NCBI GenBank assembly: GCA_950097015.1
Contig: CATNEN010000030.1
Coordinates: 4,831,895-4,895,894, forward strand
Direction: 5' to 3'
Source: Macrostomum hystrix
Taxonomy: Eukaryota; Animalia; Platyhelminthes
Length of the DNA stretch: 64,000 bases
The notes under the pieces are model-generated. The model made no database searches. It was not told the origin of the DNA and was given only the letters and a program-made list of their open reading frames with translations. Below, piece after piece: positions 51,701-59,066 of this stretch. Numbering within the stretch: the stretch's first letter is position 1; the number at the start of each line of letters is the position of its first letter. A program made the translations under genes and the position numbers.

Positions 51701-54700
51701 TTAAAACTGGCTTTCACAGGTCTAGCTTCTTGCTTGATAATGTAGATTTTTAAGAACAATTAAAGCACATTTTACGCGCTCAAGAACAGCTTGGCAAGTG
51801 CTGCTTGCAAGGAGTGCGTTTCGCTGCTAATTCAGCACAGAGTATTGGCGCTGATGGCAATTTGCTGGATTGAAAAATGTGTTTAACATTACCAGCACTA
51901 ACAGTGTGCAGGAAGATGGCAATGCAGGGCCGACATCGAGCTTGCGCTACACATAAGTTCCAGCTAGCTTTTCTCATGAATCGTAGTTTGCTGCTTTATT
52001 AGCACTTAATACAGGCTTTCACAGGTCTAGCTTCTTGCTTGACAATGAAGAGCTTTAAGAACAATTAAAGCACCTTTTACGCGCTGAAGAACAGCTTGGC
52101 GCGTGCTGCTTGCAAGGAGTGCGTTTCGCTGCTCATTCAGCACAGAGTATTGGCGCTGATGGCAATTTTCTGGATTGAAAAAAGCCTTCACGTTTACCAA
52201 CACTCACAGTGTGCAGTGCAGTGTGCAGTGCAGATGGCAATGCAGGAAAAACATCGAAGTGTGCGCTGTATATAAGTTCCGGCTAGCTTTTCTCATAAAT
52301 CGTAGTTACTTGCTAAATTAGCACTTGAAACAGGCTTTCACAGGTCTGGCTTCTTGCTTGACAATGAAGAGTTTTAAGAACAATTAAAGCACCTTTTACG
52401 CGCTGAAGAACAGCTTGGCGCGTGCTGCTTGCAAGGAGTGCGTTACGCTGCTCATTCAGCACAGAGTATTGGCGCTGATGGCAATTTTCTGGATTGAAAA
52501 AAGCCTTCACGTTTACCAACACTCACAGTGTGCAGTGCAGGGTGCAGTGCAGATGGCAATGCAGGAAAAACATCGAAGTGTGCGCTGTATATAAGTTCCA
52601 GCTAGCTTTTCTCATGAATCGTAGTATGTTGCTAAAGAAGCACTTAAAACTGGCTTTCACAGGTCTAGCTTCTTGCTTGATAATGCAGATTTTTAAGAAC
52701 AATTAAAGCACATTTTACGCGCTCAAGAACAGCTTGGCAAGTGCTGCTTGCAAGGAGTGCGTTTCGCTGCTAATTCAGCACAGAGTATTGGCGCTGATGG
52801 CAATTTGCTGGATTGAAAAATGTGTTTAACATTACCAGCACTAACAGTGTGCAGGAAGATGGCAATGCAGGGCCGACATCGAGCTTGCGCTACACATAAG
52901 TTCCAGCTAGCTTTTCTCATGAATCGTAGTTTGCTGCTTTATTAGCACTTAATACAGGCTTTCATAGGTCTAGCTTCTTGCTTGACAATGAAGAGTTTTA
53001 AGAACAATTAAAGCACCTATTACGCGCTGAAGAACAGCTTGGCGCGTGCTGCTTGCAAGGAGTGCGTTTCCCTGCTAATTCAGCACAGAGTATTGGCGCT
53101 GATGGCAATTTGCTGGATTGAAAAAAGCCTTCACGTTTACCAACACTCACAGTGTGCAGTGCAGGGTGCAGTGCAGATGGCAATGCAGGAAAAACATCGA
53201 AGTGTGCGCTGTATATAAGTTCCGGCTAGCTTTTCTCATAAATCGTAGTTACTTGCTAAATAAGCACTTGAAACAGGCTTTCACAGGTCTAGCTTCTTGC
53301 TTGACAATGAAGAGTTTTAAGAACAATTAAAGCACCTTTTACGCGCTGAAGAACAGCTTGGCGCGTGCTGCTTGCAAGGAGTGCGTTACGCTGCTCATTC
53401 AGCACAGAGTATTGGCGCTGATGGCAATTTGCTGGATTGAAAAAAGCCTTCACGTTTACCAACACTCACAGTGTGCAGTGCAGGGTGCAGTGCAGATGGC
53501 AATGCAGGAAAAACATCGAAGTGTGCGCTGTATATAAGTTCCGGCTAGCTTTTCTCATAAATCGTAGTTACTTGCTAAATAAGCACTTGAAACAGGCTTT
53601 CACAGGTCTAGCTTCTTGCTTGACAATGAAGAGTTTTAAGAACAATTAAAGCACCTTTTACGCGCTGAAGAACAGCTTGGCGCGTGCTGCTTGCAAGGAG
53701 TGCGTTACGCTGCTCATTCAGCACAGAGTATTGGCGCTGATGGCAATTTGCTGGATTGAAAAAAGCCTTCACGTTTACCAACACTCACAGTGTGCAGTGC
53801 AGGGTGCAGTGCAGATGGCAATGCAGGAAAATTATCGAAGTGTGCGCTGTATATAAGTTCCAGCTAGCTTTTCTCATGAATCGTAGTATGTTGCTAAAGA
53901 AGCACTTAAAACTGGCTTTCACAGGTCTAGCTTCTTGCTTGATAATGTAGATTTTTAAGAACAATTAAAGCACATTTTACGTGCTCAAGAACAGCTTGGC
54001 AAGTGCTGCTTGCAAGGAGTGCGTTTCGCTACTAATTCAGCACAGAGTATTGGCGCTGATGGCAATTTGCTGGATTGAAAAATGTGTTTAACATTACCAG
54101 CACTAACAGTGTGCAGGAAGATGGCAATGCAGGGCCGACATCGAGCTTGCGCTACACATCAGTGCAGGGTGCAGTGCAGATGGCAATGCAGGAAAAACAT
54201 CGAAGTGTGCGCTGTATATAAGTTCCAGCTAGCTTTTCTCATGAATCGTAGTATGTTGCTAAAGAAGCACTTAAAACTGGCTTTCACAGGTCTAGCTTCT
54301 TGCTTGATAATGTAGATTTTTAAGAACAATTAAAGCACATTTTACGCGCTCAAGAACAGCTTGGCAAGTGCTGCTTGCAAGGAGTGCGTTTCGCTGCTAA
54401 TTCAGCACAGAGTATTGGCGCTGATGGCAATTTGCTGGATTGAAAAATGTGTTTAACATTACCAGCACTAACAGTGTGCAGGAAGATGGCAATGCAGGGC
54501 CGACATCGAGCTTGCGCTACACATAAGTTCCAGCTAGCTTTTCTCATGAATCGTAGTTTGCTGCTTTATTAGCACTTAATACAGGCTTTCACAGGTCTAG
54601 CTTCTTGCTTGACAATGAAGAGCTTTAAGAACAATTAAAGCACCTTTTACGCGCTGAAGAACAGCTTGGCGCGTGCTGCTTGCAAGGAGTGCGTTACGCT

Positions 54701-56837
54701 GCTAATTCAGCACAGAGTATTGGCGCTGATGGCAATTTGCTGGATTGAAAAAAGCCTTCACGTTTACCAACACTCACAGTGTGCAGTGCAGGGTGCAGTG
54801 CAGATGGCAATGCAGGAAAAACATCGAAGTGTGCGCTGTATATAAGTTCCGGCTAGCTTTTCTCATAAATCGTAGTTACTTGCTAAATAAGCACTTGAAA
54901 CAGGCTTTCACAGGTCTAGCTTCTTGCTTGACAATGAAGAGTTTTAAGAACAATTAAAGCACCTTTTACGCGCTGAAGAACAGCTTGGCGCGTGCTGCTT
55001 GCAAGGAGTGCGTTACGCTGCTCATTCAGCACAGAGTATTGGCGCTGATGGCAATTTGCTGGATTGAAAAAAGCCTTCACGTTTACCAACACTCACAGTG
55101 TGCAGTGCAGGGTGCAGTGCAGATGGCAATGCAGGAAAAACATCGAAGTGTGCGCTGTATATAAGTTCCAGCTAGCTTTTCTCATGAATCGTAGTATGTT
55201 GCTAAAGAAGCACTTAAAACTGGCTTTCACAGGTCTAGCTTCTTGCTTGATAATGTAGATTTTTAAGAACAATTAAAGCACATTTTACGTGCTCAAGAAC
55301 AGCTTGGCAAGTGCTGCTTGCAAGGAGTGCGTTTCGCTACTAATTCAGCACAGAGTATTGGCGCTGATGGCAATTTGCTGGATTGAAAAATGTGTTTAAC
55401 ATTACCAGCACTAACAGTGTGCAGGAAGATGGCAATGCAGGGCCGACATCGAGCTTGCGCTACACATCAGTGCAGGGTGCAGTGCAGATGGCAATGCAGG
55501 AAAAACATCGAAGTGTGCGCTGTATATAAGTTCCAGCTAGCTTTTCTCATGAATCGTAGTATGTTGCTAAAGAAGCACTTAAAACTGGCTTTCACAGGTC
55601 TAGCTTCTTGCTTGATAATGTAGATTTTTAAGAACAATTAAAGCACATTTTACGCGCTCAAGAACAGCTTGGCAAGTGCTGCTTGCAAGGAGTGCGTTTC
55701 GCTGCTAATTCAGCACAGAGTATTGGCGCTGATGGCAATTTGCTGGATTGAAAAATGTGTTTAACATTACCAGCACTAACAGTGTGCAGGAAGATGGCAA
55801 TGCAGGGCCGACATCGAGCTTGCGCTACACATAAGTTCCAGCTAGCTTTTCTCATGAATCGTAGTTTGCTGCTTTATTAGCACTTAATACAGGCTTTCAC
55901 AGGTCTAGCTTCTTGCTTGACAATGAAGAGCTTTAAGAACAATTAAAGCACCTTTTACGCGCTGAAGAACAGCTTGGCGCGTGCTGCTTGCAAGGAGTGC
56001 GTTACGCTGCTCATTCAGCACAGAGTATTGGCGCTGATGGCAATTTGCTGGATTGAAAAAAGCCTTCACGTTTACCAACACTCACAGTGTGCAGTGCAGG
56101 GTGCAGTGCAGATGGCAATGCAGGAAAAACATCGAAGTGTGCGCTGTATATAAGTTCCAGCTAGCTTTTCTCATGAATCGTAGTATGTTGCTAAAGAAGC
56201 ACTTAAAACTGGCTTTCACAGGTCTAGCTTCTTGCTTGATAATGTAGATTTTTAAGAACAATTAAAGCACATTTTACGTGCTCAAGAACAGCTTGGCAAG
56301 TGCTGCTTGCAAGGAGTGCGTTTCGCTACTAATTCAGCACAGAGTATTGGCGCTGATGGCAATTTGCTGGATTGAAAAATGTGTTTAACATTACCAGCAC
56401 TAACAGTGTGCAGGAAGATGGCAATGCAGGGCCGACATCGAGCTTGCGCTACACATCAGTGCAGGGTGCAGTGCAGATGGCAATGCAGGAAAAACATCGA
56501 AGTGTGCGCTGTATATAAGTTCCAGCTAGCTTTTCTCATGAATCGTAGTATGTTGCTAAAGAAGCACTTAAAACTGGCTTTCACAGGTCTAGCTTCTTGC
56601 TTGATAATGTAGATTTTTAAGAACAATTAAAGCACATTTTACGCGCTCAAGAACAGCTTGGCAAGTGCTGCTTGCAAGGAGTGCGTTTCGCTGCTAATTC
56701 AGCACAGAGTATTGGCGCTGATGGCAATTTGCTGGATTGAAAAATGTGTTTAACATTACCAGCACTAACAGTGTGCAGGAAGATGGCAATGCAGGGCCGA
56801 CATCGAGCTTGCGCTACACATAAGTTCCAGCTAGCTT
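48730..56837. repeat. Satellite domain B: 305-bp A' monomers mixed with diverged 319-bp monomers (AAAAAAGCCTTCACG and TGCAG-expanded types) and 365-bp chimeric monomers; local periods 1256, 943, 1308 and 989 bp
   Basis: 319-bp spacing at 53118/53437/53756; 943 = 305 + 2 x 319 (51780/52723); 1308 and 989 between chimeric monomers; no 49-bp duplications seen. Confidence 0.93.
56826..56837 (+). repeat. Left target-site duplication TCCAGCTAGCTT (12 bp)
   Basis: Identical to 62891-62902. Satellite sequence stops exactly after it. The first T of the right copy could belong to the tail, giving an 11-bp TSD. Confidence 0.95.
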
Positions 56838-57071
56838 GCTCGCACCGGCGGGACACAGTGCCTGTGAGGTATGAGTCAGTCCAGGCCCACGGGCTTTGGT
56901 CTGCGATGCCTCACACCTGCAGCCGTTTTTTGAGCAGGCCTGGCAGGAAGGAGACCTGTACCTTCGGGTGCAGGAATCCCTCCAACGCTGTCCCGTCAGC
57001 TGACCCATGGGTACACGTCCCGCGAGTGTTCAAGGCTGACCCTAGGGCAGCCGGACAGAATGGGCAACAGC
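56838..57071 (+). ncRNA. HDV-like (CPEB3-type) self-cleaving ribozyme at the element 5' end, with a long J1/2
   Basis: P1 GCUCGC 56838-56843 / GCGAGU 57022-57027 (G1.U wobble). P2 CCCAU 57004-57008 / AUGGG 57060-57064, extended by GCUG 56999-57002 / CAGC 57068-57071. P3 GGG 57009-57011 / CCC 57019-57021. L3 UACACGU 57012-57018. P1.1 AC 57013-57014 / GU 57028-57029. P4 GGCUG 57034-57038 / CAGCC 57048-57052. J4/2 C57056-A-G-A. Folded by hand; activity untested. Confidence 0.85.
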
Positions 57072-57106
57072 GCTGGATGACCCATCCAGGGCCTCCGGCC
57101 AAACTG

Positions 57107-57265
57107 GGTACCTCTAGCCCCGGCTGGAGGGAAAGGTGTCACCCTTTGACCTTAACAGGGTATGTGGCTTGTCCGCAATTTTCGTGCACCTGTGCGTGAT
57201 CAGGTACCTCTGGCTACGGCCCTGAGGGACAGGTGTCACCCTTTGACCTTAACAGGGTTTGCGGC
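57107..57265 (+). repeat. Two ~62-bp direct repeats in the LINE 5' UTR (57107-57168, 57203-57265) with an identical 28-bp core
   Basis: AGGTGTCACCCTTTGACCTTAACAGGGT at 57134-57161 and 57231-57258; both copies begin GGTACCTCT. Confidence 0.92.
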
Positions 57266-57506
57266 CAGCCCGCAGGCCTCGGCGCCGGCTCAATGGCACC
57301 CTCCAATGTCCCAGTGTTGACCGTGCTGATGGACGCTTGGCCAGGGAGTAGTCTGGTCTCTTACGGTTCCTCCCGGTGGTCCTGGCATCCCACCCCGGGT
57401 TGTAACTTGTCTTTTTTGGCTGCCCCCGCTCAGTTTTGGGATCGCGGCTGAGCGGGTTATTCCTGCCTGTGTCTACAGGAAGCCCCTCTCTTCATTGCAG
57501 CTTTCA

Positions 57507-59054
57507 ATGGCTTCTAGCCCTTCAACTGCTCCGGCCGAGGACACCATGGTGCCTGAGGCCATACACGCTGCGGCGCCCGGGCTAGCTGGCCCCGCGACCG
57601 CCACAAATGCCGCGCTGCCCAACTCGCGCGATGACCGGGGCGCTAAGCGCTCCACCACCTCTGGAGCGGCAAAACGCCGTAGGCGCATGCTGGCCCACGG
57701 CACGTCGGCTCCATTGACCAAGGACCAGGCCCAGGCCAGAGGGGCCGAAGGGGCTCTGCCTAGGGCGGGGGCTGGGGCGGGGGGCCTTGTGCCTCCTGCC
57801 CAGGCTCCTGCACGGGGCGGAGCCCACGACGCCCCGAGGCCAGGGTCGCGGGCCAAGGAGGGCCCGGCGCCCATCCGGACGGCTGCCCGGCCCGAAGGAG
57901 AAGCGGAGGCGGAGGGCCCTGTGCCCACCGCCGACGCAGATCCCGAGGGTGGGGACGCCACCGGACAGGGCCCGGGACCACAAGCTACCTACGCCGCCAT
58001 CGCACGTAGGCAACCTGCCGTCATCATCACCGGCAGAGACGGGAAAAGGCTGAGCAGCGAACAGCTCAGCGACATTTGCCGCAACATAGATGCTATGTTG
58101 TGGCAACTTCAACTGAAGGGCGAGCCCCTGGCGGTCGGCGCAAGCGCTACCAGGGAATCGTGCTTCGTCGTCTGGCCCGGCGATGCGGAATCGGGGCGGC
58201 GGCTCCTCGAGTTGCTGCCCACGCAGAGCTGGGCGGCTGGCCTCGAGTTCCTACGGGAGAACGAGCCACCAAAGACCAAGCGACACCGTATCTTCGTCCC
58301 GGCGAAAAGTGTCGTCACCAGCGCTGAGGACCTCCGCAGGGGCCTCATCGCGATGAACCGGGAGCTGCCGACAGCGGGCCTGATCGTGCACCGCACGATC
58401 CTGCGCCCCGACGGCACCGGTTTCACCGCCATTCTGGGCCTGTCCGAGCAATGGACACGCCGCTACCCAGATGGCGCCAACATTTGCATTGGTCTGTGGA
58501 AGACCAAAATCTTCGCCTTCGAGGCGGATAAAACCCGAGGTCAGACCGGGCCCACCACCGTACCGGCCAATGAAGGGTCCTCGGACCCCAAGGCTGGGAC
58601 TGGGGGCAGGGCCCAGTCGTCCCGCCAAAAAAGGCCAGAGCGTGCCATCGCTGGCAGCTCTGAGCGTCGCCCCGCGCGTGTCACAAAGCGCCGGGGCCTT
58701 CTCCAGCGGGCCTCCGAGGTGGTGCGAACCGCCAAGATGGCCCAGCTGCGCGCTGAGATGCGCGGTGGCCCACCGGGGCAGGCGCCGCAACCAAGGGCTA
58801 CGGGGGAGGCCTCAGAGGTGCCCAGCTCCATCGAGCAGGGCCCTTCGAGCGCCCCTCCCACGGCCCAGGGAGCGGTGTCGGCTCCAGTTGAGGGCGACTC
58901 TGGGCCTGGGCTCGGGGCCGGGGGCGGGGACTGGGCGGCTGACGCCGTCGAGTTCCCGTCTCCGGCTCGGGGCCTGGGCACGGAGGAGCCCATGGCTACC
59001 GACATCGACCCGGAGGAGGAGGACCGCCTTCTGGCTGGGTCCCCCTCCAAGTAG
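57507..59054 (+). CDS. LINE ORF1 protein (515 aa from the first ATG), LOA-type / DUF4780-like nucleic-acid-binding protein
   Basis: Open frame ending in TAG 59052-59054. Low-complexity Ala/Pro/Gly termini, basic KRSTTSGAAKRRRR cluster, and a central globular region (TYAAIA...LSSEQL...RHRIFVP...MNRELPT...LGL...IGLWKTKIF) resembling LOA-clade ORF1 from memory. No CCHC knuckle. The track start 57495 is a TTG; an in-frame ATG with a stronger context (ACCATGG) is at 57546. Confidence 0.85.
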   Translation: MASSPSTAPAEDTMVPEAIHAAAPGLAGPATATNAALPNSRDDRGAKRSTTSGAAKRRRRMLAHGTSAPLTKDQAQARGAEGALPRAGAGAGGLVPPAQAPARGGAHDAPRPGSRAKEGPAPIRTAARPEGEAEAEGPVPTADADPEGGDATGQGPGPQATYAAIARRQPAVIITGRDGKRLSSEQLSDICRNIDAMLWQLQLKGEPLAVGASATRESCFVVWPGDAESGRRLLELLPTQSWAAGLEFLRENEPPKTKRHRIFVPAKSVVTSAEDLRRGLIAMNRELPTAGLIVHRTILRPDGTGFTAILGLSEQWTRRYPDGANICIGLWKTKIFAFEADKTRGQTGPTTVPANEGSSDPKAGTGGRAQSSRQKRPERAIAGSSERRPARVTKRRGLLQRASEVVRTAKMAQLRAEMRGGPPGQAPQPRATGEASEVPSSIEQGPSSAPPTAQGAVSAPVEGDSGPGLGAGGGDWAADAVEFPSPARGLGTEEPMATDIDPEEEDRLLAGSPSK

Positions 59055-59066
59055 ACCTCTGCCTGC

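Larger units (their letters stand above)
1..56837. repeat. Satellite DNA array (left of the insertion), 305-bp basic monomer, head-to-tail
   Basis: The anchor AACAGCTTG recurs at 1, 306, 611, 965, 1319, 1624, 1978, 2283 and onward, i.e. spacings of 305 or 354 bp. No unique sequence is seen until 56838. Confidence 0.99.

Noticed and set aside
910-56612. Short 61-81 aa ORFs in the satellite (MLDKEEF..., MKKAFTF..., MRKASWN..., etc.)
   Set aside because: They are chance open frames in repeat variants, often with TTG starts, broken by stops in most monomers and without recognisable domains.
1-56837. Assigning the array as centromeric
   Set aside because: No CENP-B box was seen and sequence alone cannot show centromere function; it needs CENP-A/CENH3 data.
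57073-57089. Hairpin CTGGATG-ACC-CATCCAG just after the ribozyme
   Set aside because: A 7-bp stem with a 3-nt loop is plausible by chance in GC-rich sequence, and there is no independent support.
56744-57451. 151-aa ORF across the satellite/LINE junction and other small 5' UTR ORFs
   Set aside because: The junction ORF is a chance fusion created by the insertion; the others are short, overlap structured RNA and show no domain motifs.
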